This document shows, one piece after another, positions 18,823 to 29,123 of a stretch of 64,000 nucleotides of DNA. The stretch comes from Winogradskyella sp. GTDB taxonomy: Bacteria > Bacteroidota > Bacteroidia > Flavobacteriales > Flavobacteriaceae. The notes under the pieces were generated by a model. It had not been told where the DNA came from. It worked only from the letters and a program-made list of their open reading frames with translations, and searched no databases. The stretch spans positions 1,744-65,743 of the forward strand of contig NZ_JBGCDQ010000028.1 in the NCBI RefSeq assembly GCF_045105575.1, given 5' to 3'. Position 1 is the stretch's first letter; each line of letters begins with the position of its first letter. The position numbers and the translations under genes were made by a program.

Positions 18823-20748
18823 CTACTCTTTAATAAATTTAATTGTGTTTCCGTTATTAAATTTAAAGAAATAAACACCATTAGTTAATGCCGTAATATC
18901 AATGTTTTGATTATTCGTAATAACTCCTTGGCTTACTTTAGATCCTAAAACATTGTAAATTGAATAAGTTTCAGATGTTTTTAATCCAGAAACTTGAATA
19001 AAATCTGAGGAAGGATTAGGATGCAATGTAACCGCATTTGATATCGATACATCTTCTAATGATAATGTTGTGTTCATGCTAATATTATCAATGAACAAAT
19101 TATTACCATAACCAGAAGTTGCTTTAAAGCGTATAACTACGTCATCCAAATCGTCATAAGCAGATAAGTCAATAGAATTACTAACCCATCCAGTAGCACC
19201 AGAAGGAAAGTATTGAGTCTGTGATGCAGTTAAAGTAGCTAATGTACTACCAGCTTCATTAAAAACACCTGTCCAAGTAACTCCACAATCTGTAGATACT
19301 AAGATTTCTAATCTGTCATTTTCATTGACATACTGACGGTAAGCGTGGTCAAAAGTAAGTGTAGAACTTGTACCTAAATCAGCTTTCTGAAAAATTAAAT
19401 TCATTTCACCACTTTGGATAGCCCAAAATTGAAATATGATACTACGGTTAGAAGCACCAAAACCACCAACAGCCCCTAAATTGTTTGCTGGTCCATCTAC
19501 TATGGTACACTGAAGTGGTGTAATGGAATCGTCTACATCAAAAATAGCCGTGTCAATATCGCGAGTAATAGCAGCACCTGCCGGAAAAAAAGCACTTTCA
19601 AAATCTTCCACAAATGGCGCTTCCATACTAGTGGTATTTAACTTTTGAATAGTAAGACTTGGTATTGTTACCTCTGCAGGACTTATCCAACTTTGACTAC
19701 CATTTACCGATACAATTTCAGTTGAAACTACATTTGACCCAGAACCTAGTGTTGCCAAAGGGAAAGTTATCGTTGTAGATTGTCCATTACTTAAACTTCC
19801 TGTAAATGTTTGTTGCACAGGTGCGTCATTATTGATTTGGTATTCAGCTACAACCTCTGTTACTGTAGAATTAGCGTCGTTATTTGTAAATGTAATACCT
19901 GGTGTGATGTCATAATCACAATAGCCACTACCTGCCGTAGATGTAGAAACTGCATTAACGGATAACGCCCCAGGAATTACATCTGAAGCCTGCGTTTTTG
20001 CTGCTTGGTGCATCACTCTTGTGGCATTGTTTTGGATATATATGGCAAAACTCACTTCTCTTTTATCTCTCACATACGAAGGTATATCTGTAAGGGTAAA
20101 GCTAAAACTAGTTGTAGTATTGGCAGGTATAGCGGCTAAGTTAGCACCTGTAGTAGCATTTTCAGCACCAGTATTAGCATCGTACATTTGACGCATTACA
20201 TATTCAAAACTTGTTTCTCCATTAGATCCTGGCGCACTTGGATAGACGACTTCTTTTTCAACCATAGTTACATAGATTTTATCTGCACTAGATATTGCTG
20301 TTCCTGTAACGTTTTCTACATCGATATTAACAGTAACTTCACTCGGATTTGCCCAAGATTGAGTTGCTGTGATGCTGTATGGTGTTGTTTGAGCAGCTGC
20401 AGCAGCAAGTGTTGCGCTGGTTACTACGGTATTAGGTGAATTTGTTGCACCACCATTTAAACTAGTGTCTGGTACACCTGTAATGCTATAATAAGCTCTT
20501 CGAGCTTCAGGACCAGCAGGAAACACAGCATTCATAGGGTCAACACCTGGCCAAGAGGTTTGGTGAGAAATACGTACATAGTTTGCTTCACCAAAAGTAT
20601 TAAGTGTGTTTTGTAATATTGGGTTTTGAGAAGCACATGGACCACAAGAGGCTTGAGTAAAGTGCTCAATCATTGGTGTTTTTTGAACCTGAGCTTGTAA
20701 GGAGGTAATTACTGCAAAGATTAAGAGGGTAAGTAATTTTTTCATCAT
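18823..20748 (-). CDS. T9SS cargo with N-terminal Omp28-like/thioredoxin CxxC domain
   Basis: Signal peptide; IEHFTQASCGPC; C-terminal type A CTD (LHPNPSSD ... LTNGVYF ... IKFIKE). Confidence 0.8.
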   Translation of the reverse strand: MMKKLLTLLIFAVITSLQAQVQKTPMIEHFTQASCGPCASQNPILQNTLNTFGEANYVRISHQTSWPGVDPMNAVFPAGPEARRAYYSITGVPDTSLNGGATNSPNTVVTSATLAAAAAQTTPYSITATQSWANPSEVTVNIDVENVTGTAISSADKIYVTMVEKEVVYPSAPGSNGETSFEYVMRQMYDANTGAENATTGANLAAIPANTTTSFSFTLTDIPSYVRDKREVSFAIYIQNNATRVMHQAAKTQASDVIPGALSVNAVSTSTAGSGYCDYDITPGITFTNNDANSTVTEVVAEYQINNDAPVQQTFTGSLSNGQSTTITFPLATLGSGSNVVSTEIVSVNGSQSWISPAEVTIPSLTIQKLNTTSMEAPFVEDFESAFFPAGAAITRDIDTAIFDVDDSITPLQCTIVDGPANNLGAVGGFGASNRSIIFQFWAIQSGEMNLIFQKADLGTSSTLTFDHAYRQYVNENDRLEILVSTDCGVTWTGVFNEAGSTLATLTASQTQYFPSGATGWVSNSIDLSAYDDLDDVVIRFKATSGYGNNLFIDNISMNTTLSLEDVSISNAVTLHPNPSSDFIQVSGLKTSETYSIYNVLGSKVSQGVITNNQNIDITALTNGVYFFKFNNGNTIKFIKE

Positions 20749-21070
20749 AAAAATGGATTTTACTAAAAAAAGATTAGTTTTTTATAGGATTAATTATGTG
20801 TTAAATATATAAAAAAAAACACAAAATATAACTATCGTAATTAATGGTGTTGTTAAATTGGATTCTATAAATTGAGTTGGAGGACTAATTTCAAGTAAAG
20901 TCAGCGTTATTGACCGTTTTACATGTTTCGGAATTTGATTTTTATGGCCGAAATGAGTCTGCAGTTAAATGGAGGAATAATAGAATTTGGATTGGCTTAA
21001 AGTATTTATTCTTTAAAATTTAAAAGAAGTAATTTTAAAACATCAGAATCCGTAAAATTTAGGACATAAA

Positions 21071-21101
21071 AAAGAGACTATCTAAATCAGACAGTCTCTT
21101 T
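21071..21101 (-). terminator. Intrinsic terminator
   Basis: AAAGAGACT ... AGTCTCTTT inverted repeat. Confidence 0.6.
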
Positions 21102-21124
21102 TCTTCATAAATAAAATGCAATGT

Positions 21125-21862
21125 TTATTTCTTTATAATTTTCTTTACCGTTTCTAAACCAAGCTCGTTTTTAAAACTAACAAAATAGATTTGAGACGTT
21201 AAATCCGAAATATTTACAACATGATTACCAGATATGAGGTTTATTTCCTTGATTTTCTTTCCTGTAATATCATAAAATATCGCAGAGATGTTTTCGTCAG
21301 CGGAAATATTAATTTCATTTTCAACTACAGTAGGAAATACTTCTAAATTTGAAATTTCAGCATCTTCTATACTTAGCGTTGGTTGATAATTGTAGGTCAT
21401 ACTAATCGGAGTTCCTATTTCATTGTCTGCAGTTCCTGTGTCGAAAGCTTGAAACCTAAATGTCCAGCTCATTGCTGTTTGTATACCAGCGGGATATAAA
21501 TTCCAGAAACTATTTCCAAATACGTTAGTAGTGCCAGGCGCTATCAGAACTGCTGAACTAGGATATCCTTCATCTAACACGATGCTGTTTAAGCATACTT
21601 CAGCAAAACAAAGTTGAAAACTTGAACCATCATTATTAACAAGCTCATCTACAAAAATTTTCACATAAATGTCATTCGCAGATGTGTTTGTCACTCCAAA
21701 TTTGAATGCACATGGCTCACTATAGTCACAACTTGCAGTAGAAAACGTATAACTCTGACCATCAGGAACTACCGAATTGTTTCTTTGATAAATAACGTCA
21801 AATTGTGCTTGGCAGAAAAAAGAACTTAAGATTAAGCCTATTAAAAGTAATTTTTTAGTCAT
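21125..21862 (-). CDS. Small T9SS type A cargo protein
   Basis: Signal peptide; CDYSEPC and CFAEVC Cys pairs; CTD (VFPTVV ... LTSQIYF ... KKIIKK). Confidence 0.8.
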   Translation of the reverse strand: MTKKLLLIGLILSSFFCQAQFDVIYQRNNSVVPDGQSYTFSTASCDYSEPCAFKFGVTNTSANDIYVKIFVDELVNNDGSSFQLCFAEVCLNSIVLDEGYPSSAVLIAPGTTNVFGNSFWNLYPAGIQTAMSWTFRFQAFDTGTADNEIGTPISMTYNYQPTLSIEDAEISNLEVFPTVVENEINISADENISAIFYDITGKKIKEINLISGNHVVNISDLTSQIYFVSFKNELGLETVKKIIKK

Positions 21863-21941
21863 AAGAATGAAAATATTAGATTGAGATTATAGCGTAAAAT
21901 AAATTTATATAAAAATACACATTTTTTTAAAAGAAAAAAAA

Positions 21942-23591
21942 TTAAAAAGCAACGGTTAGGTTAGCGCTTAGTCCCGTATTTTCAGGTACAAACCTACAAA
22001 CACCTCCAATACAAATTAAACCACCACGTTGTCTGCCGTAGTTAATCGCAAATCGCGTATTGCCTTTAGTGTAGCTTCCTCCAACACTGTAGTAATGAAT
22101 TTGGCCAACCCCTTCGTAATTCCAATTATCGGCTGCGTAAATGGCCAAGCTTGTAGAAAAGTTGTATTCTACAACAGCAGCAGCCCAATTTTTACGGTCG
22201 TCTTCACTCCATAAATGTTGTATCACAAAACGCGCAGCTTTACCGTCGTTAAATCGTTTTGTGGCTTCAATAACACCAATATTGGCAAGAATTGAGGTTT
22301 CACCTAAAGGACCACCTTCAACAATACCTTTGTCTATAAGTACATTTTGATAGGTGAATACCGTACTCCAATCTTTCGAAATACGTTTTTTAACTTCCAA
22401 ATTGGCATCTCTAAAAAGTTGGCGGCCTTGACCAATAAATTTAGCTTTATACCAACGGTTTTCAAGATTATATTCAGCATCCAATCCGCCCCAATAAGAA
22501 AAATTAGTGGCTAATTTTGTTCCGTATTTTCCACCAAGTAATGACCCTTTTTTAAAGGAATAAAACAAATCGAATTGGGTCCCAACTTCACCAGCACGCT
22601 GATCAAAAGATTCTATAACTAATCGTGGTTGTGGATTGTAAACATAAATGTTGGTTAACAAGTAATCTTGTTGTTTGGTAAGTCCTGGGACAAAATTTAT
22701 AACTTGTTGGTTAAACACATTGCCTTCTGCTAAACGGTCCGAGAAAAAACTATAATTTTCTAGTCGTCTAAAAGTAGCATTTATTCCTAGGCCTTTTTGA
22801 GCGTAGCCAGCGTTCACTTGCAGAGCTGTGCCATCGTACAGTTTGTTAGAAGCAATGACTCCTTCATTAGCAATAACGTCTGGGTCTTTTATAATAGCTT
22901 CTACACCAGCATAAAAATTAGCAACGACAACATCTAATCGACCTCCATAAGCTCCAACATTGCTTGGTATCGCTTCAACACCATTAGTGTCTTGGTTTCT
23001 ACCTACATAACTTAGACCCATTTGTATATCTACCGTTTCAATATCTAAGGCTCCACTTAAACTTAAATCTGCATCAATGGCTTGGATGACTCCTTCAGAT
23101 TCAATAAAGCCTACACGTTGTCTTCCAAAAACGCCTTTGATTGTTAAATCTTCTGTGGCATTAAATTTTACGTTTAACCCTTTTATCGCATTATTAAGTC
23201 CGAGTTGACGGTCTTCCCAAGATCGTAAAATTAATCCACTACCAAATTGTTCATAAAAATAACCACCTGTAACGTCTAAATTGTCATCTTTATAATTCAC
23301 ATAATACGTAGCAACTCCATTTTGGTTATCAAAAATAGGATCATAACCTAAAAGTGCAGATGGGAGATAAGATTCAAACTGCATTCCAGCGGTAAATTTA
23401 CCTAAGTTATAATTTAACAACAGATAGTTATTAGCTCTAAACTGATCTTCTGGTGCTAAAAAATTAATACCTTCATCGGTTTGGTACCATTGCGAGTTAG
23501 ATTCTAATCCTCCGTAAAAGTAGCCAGTTTCTTGAGCATTTATAACATATAGATTTAAGAATAGCGTAGCTAGAAGAACTGATTTTTTCAT
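21942..23591 (-). CDS. DUF6029-type outer-membrane beta-barrel protein
   Basis: Signal peptide, amphipathic strands, GYFYEQFGSGLILRSWEDRQLG, C-terminal RQRGGLICIGGVCRFVP and terminal Phe. Confidence 0.75.
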   Translation of the reverse strand: MKKSVLLATLFLNLYVINAQETGYFYGGLESNSQWYQTDEGINFLAPEDQFRANNYLLLNYNLGKFTAGMQFESYLPSALLGYDPIFDNQNGVATYYVNYKDDNLDVTGGYFYEQFGSGLILRSWEDRQLGLNNAIKGLNVKFNATEDLTIKGVFGRQRVGFIESEGVIQAIDADLSLSGALDIETVDIQMGLSYVGRNQDTNGVEAIPSNVGAYGGRLDVVVANFYAGVEAIIKDPDVIANEGVIASNKLYDGTALQVNAGYAQKGLGINATFRRLENYSFFSDRLAEGNVFNQQVINFVPGLTKQQDYLLTNIYVYNPQPRLVIESFDQRAGEVGTQFDLFYSFKKGSLLGGKYGTKLATNFSYWGGLDAEYNLENRWYKAKFIGQGRQLFRDANLEVKKRISKDWSTVFTYQNVLIDKGIVEGGPLGETSILANIGVIEATKRFNDGKAARFVIQHLWSEDDRKNWAAAVVEYNFSTSLAIYAADNWNYEGVGQIHYYSVGGSYTKGNTRFAINYGRQRGGLICIGGVCRFVPENTGLSANLTVAF

Positions 23592-23743
23592 GATACTGTG
23601 GTTGTTAGCGCAATGGGTTGAGGGTTGGTTTTTAAATTAGAAATCGATTGTTATCCGTTTTTCTATTAGTTTTTGTAAAACGCATAATTTGATAATTCTA
23701 AAATAGGTATAGGAAGTGAAATTTATTGATGTTTCTAAATCTT

Positions 23744-24229
23744 TTATTTAGATAATTCTTGTATCTTTTTGTATAATTCTAATTCAGCTCCAGGACTGTA
23801 ACCAGAATGTTCGTAAACAATTTTATTGTCTTTTACCAAAATAGTAAGTGGAATACTAGAAGCACTCAAAGCACGTTTTAAATCGCTGTTGGTATCTAAA
23901 AGTATCGTATAGTCCCAATCTTTGCCATTGACCATAGATTTTACACGCTTAACGGTTCTGCTATCATCTACAGAAATAGCCAATAATTTTACATCTGTTT
24001 CTTCTTGCCATTCATCGTATAGATCGTTAATTGCGTCTAGCTCTTTGAGGCAAGGTACGCACCATGTAGCCCAAAGTGATATAATGGTTACACCATCCTT
24101 GTTAGTCATATCTTCCAATTCCACACCTTTACCATCAATAGTCGTTAAATTGACATTAGGAAGGTCGTTTTGAGCAAAAGATGTTAGGCTAAATACGCCT
24201 AGGCACAAAATTAAAATGAGGTTTTTCAT
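23744..24229 (-). CDS. TlpA-like thiol-disulfide oxidoreductase
   Basis: Signal peptide; WATWCVPC; cis-Pro motif SIP. Confidence 0.9.
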   Translation of the reverse strand: MKNLILILCLGVFSLTSFAQNDLPNVNLTTIDGKGVELEDMTNKDGVTIISLWATWCVPCLKELDAINDLYDEWQEETDVKLLAISVDDSRTVKRVKSMVNGKDWDYTILLDTNSDLKRALSASSIPLTILVKDNKIVYEHSGYSPGAELELYKKIQELSK

Positions 24230-24324
24230 AATTAAATTTTAAAATTTGTTTCACAATATTAGTTAAATTATTTTCAAATGTATCGATGTTGTAAAAATTA
24301 ATTAAATTAGCAAAAAACAATACA

Positions 24325-25386
24325 ATGACTATGATTTCAAAAAACCTGCCAAAGCTATGCTTACTAGTTATTATTTTAGTAAATTTTGCTTGTAGCGAGA
24401 CAGAAGAGAATGTACCATTAACAACTCCTGCTTCCGAAATTGATACCGATAAGCTCGTAAGAAAAGCATCTCTAGTCAATCAAGAGATACCCTTTAGAGT
24501 TTTAAGTGAAGGCGGTGAGGATCTTACTGATATTACAACATTCTTTGTGAATGGTGCTGCTATTGATGGGGCTACGTTTTCTTCGGATACCATTGGCGAA
24601 TTTGAAGTATATGGCGTATATACACAAAATGGTATTGAAGTGACCACTAGTACAGCGTCGTTTCGTGTTATAATTCCGAAGCAAAAAATTGTAGTTGAAG
24701 ATTATACAGGAACCTGGTGTGGTTTTTGCCCAAGAGTTTCGGCAGCCTTATATTCTCTTAAGGATGAAACCGATTTTATTACGGTTGTAGCCATACATGA
24801 AACAGCGAACAGTTTTCCTGATCCTATGCATTTTGATCAAGTTCAATTATTAAAAGATGCCTTTGATGTCCAAGGTTTTCCTGCCGCTAGAATCAATAGA
24901 AATATCAATTGGCCAAATCCGCATCCAAATGGTGCTATTACCAGTATTGCTGGTTTAGATACCAATTTAGCTTTAGCTATTAATTCTGAATTAATAGGCA
25001 ATGAATTAAAAGTTCAGGTGAATGTGGTCTATGAAGAAGGTTCTGTAGAGGGTGATAAATTGGTAGTTTATTTGCTTGAAGATGGTATTCTTAGCGATCA
25101 AGTAAATTATTATAATCAAGATACCACAAGTCCTTATTTTAATACTGGAAATCCTATTCCAGATTTTGAACATAATGAAACGTTAAGAAATTCACTGTCT
25201 ACAGTGCTAGGCGACGCTATTCCGTCAACACCTGCTTTAACGGAGTATGTTGCGTCATTTACGATGACCGTGCCTTCAAATTATGTTATAGATAATCTTA
25301 ATATTGCAGCAATGGTCGTGGATGCTGATAATACAGCAAAAAATTCGCAACATGCAGCTGTTAATGAGGACAAACCTTATGAATAA
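24325..25386 (+). CDS. Omp28-related outer-membrane lipoprotein
   Basis: Lipobox NFA-C followed by acidic SETEE; EDYTGTWCGFCP; GFP..RINR; HNETLR. Confidence 0.85.
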   Translation: MTMISKNLPKLCLLVIILVNFACSETEENVPLTTPASEIDTDKLVRKASLVNQEIPFRVLSEGGEDLTDITTFFVNGAAIDGATFSSDTIGEFEVYGVYTQNGIEVTTSTASFRVIIPKQKIVVEDYTGTWCGFCPRVSAALYSLKDETDFITVVAIHETANSFPDPMHFDQVQLLKDAFDVQGFPAARINRNINWPNPHPNGAITSIAGLDTNLALAINSELIGNELKVQVNVVYEEGSVEGDKLVVYLLEDGILSDQVNYYNQDTTSPYFNTGNPIPDFEHNETLRNSLSTVLGDAIPSTPALTEYVASFTMTVPSNYVIDNLNIAAMVVDADNTAKNSQHAAVNEDKPYE

Positions 25387-25407
25387 CATATGCGAGTACT
25401 AAGAGAT

Positions 25408-25447
25408 AAAAAAACCTGAACATTTTAGAGATTGTTCAGGTTTTTTT
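25408..25447. terminator. Bidirectional terminator
   Basis: AAAAAAACCTGAACA ... TGTTCAGGTTTTTTT. Confidence 0.85.
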
Positions 25448-25483
25448 ATGCCTAATTTATTTATGCAGTAAGAACAGAAGTAT

Positions 25484-27157
25484 TTATTTATTCACAACAA
25501 ACTTCGTTGTAAACCTAGCATTATTTTCACCGTGTAAATTCAATATATAGAACCCACTGTCTAAATTTAAAGGGATTGTAGTTCTGTTACCTAAAGTTAT
25601 GCGAGATTTAAAAACCGTTTTTCCTGTTAAATCAATAATGCTAATATCAGTATTACTATTGCTGTTAGATAGCACGACCAACTCATCTCTTATTGGATTT
25701 TTTTCAAGTTGAAAAGCGAATCTGTTTTCATCTGAGAGGCTCAACGGCGGATTCAATATTTCATCTAAAGCAAAGTTGACATTGCCTTGAGTTAGCTGCA
25801 CATGAGGTTCGTTTTCTGTCGGTAAGTAGCTGTTTGCAAATGGTGACGTTGACAAATCGATAGTACTGTGCCAGTCAATCTCATCATTTGTAAATTCTAG
25901 AGCCAACGCACTTATGGAAGGGATAAAATTGAATTTATCAATAGTAAGTGCATTTACAAAATCAGCACCGACACCTCCTGCAGCACCAATACCATTGGTA
26001 AGTCCGCCTAAATCAAATAGGCCTCCAGAAGCGGCATCTATGCCATCTGAGTAAGCATATGCTTCACTTTGTGCTTCTGAACCATCGAGTTCCGCACCAA
26101 ATAATTGAATAGAAATACTACTCACGGTATTTGTAATTCCGGCAGCAGGAGTAAAGTTAACATCAATAATAATGTTAGACGTGAATATACCAACTGGTAC
26201 ACTGAGCGTTGTGCTTATTACAGAATAATCATTGGTTACTGTTGGTCCGGAATTTCCCATAGCAAAATAGGAATTGTTAACACCACTGCCATTAATTATT
26301 GCAACATTCCTCACGGTTTCAGGAAAGCCGGAGGCTGTAAACGAATTTATATTAGTGTTAAATATGGTTCTAAAGGGATGCGCAATTGGTAATGTTAAAG
26401 CTGGGTTATACGTAACTAAGTCTTCACCAGATAAATGTGCTTCTAAATGGTCTGTTAATAACTGTCTGGCTGCTGGTGATTTTAACAAGCCATTTATTAA
26501 CGGTTGTACCTCTGCAACAGGATTTGTGTCGTTAAAGGCTAAAAAGTTTAACTGATGCTGAAGACCTATAGGTACATTAGCTCCATGGTGCGGTGAATCA
26601 AATGATATGTAAAGGCGTGTATCTGCATCTAAAGAATTTCCTTCCATATAATTTAATGCATAGCGCGAAATGATACCACCCATACTCGGACCAATAATAA
26701 CATTTGGCTCTCCGTTGTTCCCAGCTTTATCTGTATTAATAAGATTGATTAACTCAACTAAAACCATAGCATTACGTTCCATAAAATCAGCTCCTCCATC
26801 TATTGTTTCATTATCGGCAGTTCTAAGATAAGTTGGGAAATTTAGAATCACCACATCAAAACCTTCAGCTCTTACCAAATCAGCTAAATTTTCGGTTCCC
26901 GACGTTCCTGTAAAGTCTAAAGAATTGTACAATGCAGTTATATCTCGTGTGTCTCCTGGGTCAAAACCATCGACAACGATAATAGGTTTATCTAAAATAT
27001 TATCACTGCTAAGAAAAATTTCATATTCACCCTCTCCTGAATGATTTTCGGATGCACCATATGCGCTTAAATCTGGCACAATAGACGAGGTAATGCTGTT
27101 TTGAGCATTAAGAAGAAGCGTTGTAGACAGTAAAATGAAAGTGTAATAGGTTTTCAT
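25484..27157 (-). CDS. T9SS-secreted alpha/beta hydrolase (lipase/esterase-like)
   Basis: VDGFDP, nucleophile elbow GPSMGG, DSPHHGA; C-terminal CTD (KNPIRDEL ... LDSGFY ... KFVVNK); start moved to MKTYY. Confidence 0.8.
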   Translation of the reverse strand: MKTYYTFILLSTTLLLNAQNSITSSIVPDLSAYGASENHSGEGEYEIFLSSDNILDKPIIVVDGFDPGDTRDITALYNSLDFTGTSGTENLADLVRAEGFDVVILNFPTYLRTADNETIDGGADFMERNAMVLVELINLINTDKAGNNGEPNVIIGPSMGGIISRYALNYMEGNSLDADTRLYISFDSPHHGANVPIGLQHQLNFLAFNDTNPVAEVQPLINGLLKSPAARQLLTDHLEAHLSGEDLVTYNPALTLPIAHPFRTIFNTNINSFTASGFPETVRNVAIINGSGVNNSYFAMGNSGPTVTNDYSVISTTLSVPVGIFTSNIIIDVNFTPAAGITNTVSSISIQLFGAELDGSEAQSEAYAYSDGIDAASGGLFDLGGLTNGIGAAGGVGADFVNALTIDKFNFIPSISALALEFTNDEIDWHSTIDLSTSPFANSYLPTENEPHVQLTQGNVNFALDEILNPPLSLSDENRFAFQLEKNPIRDELVVLSNSNSNTDISIIDLTGKTVFKSRITLGNRTTIPLNLDSGFYILNLHGENNARFTTKFVVNK

Positions 27158-27238
27158 GTTATTTTGGTTTTTGATGTCTAAAGATACAAAGTTTACGATG
27201 TTCTTCAATTTTAGTCATATGGCTGAACTTCAACAAAA

Positions 27239-27273
27239 AAAATCCTTAAAAGTAAATGACTCTTAAGGATTTT
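27239..27273 (-). terminator. Terminator downstream of pruA
   Basis: AAAATCCTTAAAAGT-aaatg-ACTCTTAAGGATTTT. Confidence 0.7.
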
Positions 27274-27296
27274 AGTTTTTAAACTAAGGCTAAAAC

Positions 27297-28922
27297 TTAT
27301 CCTAAAAAAGGATATCTGTAATCTGTAGGAGTTACAAAAGTCTCTTTAATTAGTCTTGGAGATACCCAACGTAACAAGTTTTGCGCACTACCAGCTTTGT
27401 CATTGGTTCCAGAACCTCTAGCTCCACCAAAAGGTTGTTGCCCTACAACAGCACCAGTTGGTTTGTCGTTAATATAGAAGTTTCCAGCACAATTTTGTAG
27501 TGCTTTTGTTGCTTCTTCAACAGCATATCTGTCTTTAGAAATAATAGCTCCAGTGAGGGCGTAATCACTTGTTTCATCAACCAATTTTAAAGTTTCTGAA
27601 AACGCATCGTCTTCATACACATAAATGGTCATTACTGGGCCAAACAGCTCAGTAGCCATTGTGGTGTATTTTGGGTTGGTTGTTACGATAACCGTAGGCT
27701 CAATAAAGTAACCTTTAGATTTATCATAGTTACCACCTGCAATAATTTCGGCATCACTATCGGCTTTTGCGCCATCAATATATGTGGCTAATTTATCAAA
27801 CGACCCTTCGTGTATTACTGCCGTAATAAAATTACTCATATCTTCAGGAGATCCCATTTTAAAAGATTTGATGTCTTCGATGAGATAATTTTTTACGTCT
27901 GTCCAGATGCCTTTAGGAATATAGGCTCTAGAAGCAGCGCTACATTTTTGACCTTGAAACTCAAAAGCACCACGAGCAATCGCTGTAGCAACTTGCTTTG
28001 CGTCGGCTGTTTTATGTGCGACGATAAAATCTTTCCCACCTGTTTCTCCTACAATTTTTGGATAGGTTTTGTAATTATGAATATTGTTACCTATTTGTTT
28101 CCATAATTCTTTAAAGATATGTGTTGAACCCGTAAAATGTAAACCAGAAAAATCAGGACTAGCTAAAACCGTATCTGTAATCATTTCAGGATCACCAAAA
28201 ACAACATTAATAACGCCAGCTGGTACACCTGCTTCTTCAAAGACATCCATAATTACTTTTGCAGAAAACACTTGGCTATCACTTGGCTTCCAAACTACTA
28301 CATTACCCATTAGAGCCATACAAGCTGGTAAATTTCCAGCAATAGCGGTAAAGTTAAAAGGAGTGACTGCATAGGTAAATCCTTCAAGAGGTCTGTATTC
28401 TACTCGGTTCCATGCATCACTTGTACTTTCTGGTTGTTCCATGTAAATGTCCGTCATAAACTGAACATTGAATCTTAAAAAATCGATAAACTCACATGAC
28501 GCATCAATTTCAGCTTGATGTATGGTTTTAGATTGTGCAATCATCGTGGCTGCATTAATCTTAGCTCTATACGGACCAGCTATTAATTCTGCAGCTTTTA
28601 AGAAAATACCTGCACGTTGTTCCCATGGCATTTGTGACCATGCTTTGCGTGCTTGTAATGAAGTAGAAATGGCATCTTCTACGTGTTTTTTTTCAGCAAG
28701 ATGATATTCACCAACAATATGCTGATGATCGTGTGGAGGAGACATACTTCTGGTATTTCCCGTTTTAACGTATTCACCATTTATGTATAAAGGGACTTCA
28801 ACCTTAGAGTTAAACATTGATTTGTAAGCTTCGGCAACAGCTTTGCGTTCTGCTGAACCAGGTGCGTAAGACATAACAGGTTCGTTAACTGCTACAGGTA
28901 CATTAAAGAATCCTTTTCCCAT
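27297..28922 (-). CDS. pruA: L-glutamate gamma-semialdehyde (P5C) dehydrogenase
   Basis: PFNFTAI, FTGST, ETGGKD, catalytic QGQKCSA, ELFGP, QPFGG. Confidence 0.95.
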   Translation of the reverse strand: MGKGFFNVPVAVNEPVMSYAPGSAERKAVAEAYKSMFNSKVEVPLYINGEYVKTGNTRSMSPPHDHQHIVGEYHLAEKKHVEDAISTSLQARKAWSQMPWEQRAGIFLKAAELIAGPYRAKINAATMIAQSKTIHQAEIDASCEFIDFLRFNVQFMTDIYMEQPESTSDAWNRVEYRPLEGFTYAVTPFNFTAIAGNLPACMALMGNVVVWKPSDSQVFSAKVIMDVFEEAGVPAGVINVVFGDPEMITDTVLASPDFSGLHFTGSTHIFKELWKQIGNNIHNYKTYPKIVGETGGKDFIVAHKTADAKQVATAIARGAFEFQGQKCSAASRAYIPKGIWTDVKNYLIEDIKSFKMGSPEDMSNFITAVIHEGSFDKLATYIDGAKADSDAEIIAGGNYDKSKGYFIEPTVIVTTNPKYTTMATELFGPVMTIYVYEDDAFSETLKLVDETSDYALTGAIISKDRYAVEEATKALQNCAGNFYINDKPTGAVVGQQPFGGARGSGTNDKAGSAQNLLRWVSPRLIKETFVTPTDYRYPFLG

Positions 28923-28958
28923 AATATATTTAATTTTTTAGTTTGAATTTTTAAAATG

Positions 28959-28966
28959 CAAAGGTA
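28959..28966 (-). promoter_or_regulatory. -7 promoter box for pruA
   Basis: TACCTTTG on the minus strand. Confidence 0.55.
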
Positions 28967-29123
28967 TGATATTTATAGCAAATTAGTTGATTGAAAGCTT
29001 GCAGTGTCTGAAACTTATCAATGGTATATTGACTTAAAGATTATTGCATTCTTACAACAGTTGTTTTTTTTACAAAACAATATTTAAGATGAATAGATGA
29101 AGTAAGCCTAGGATAAATACAAC

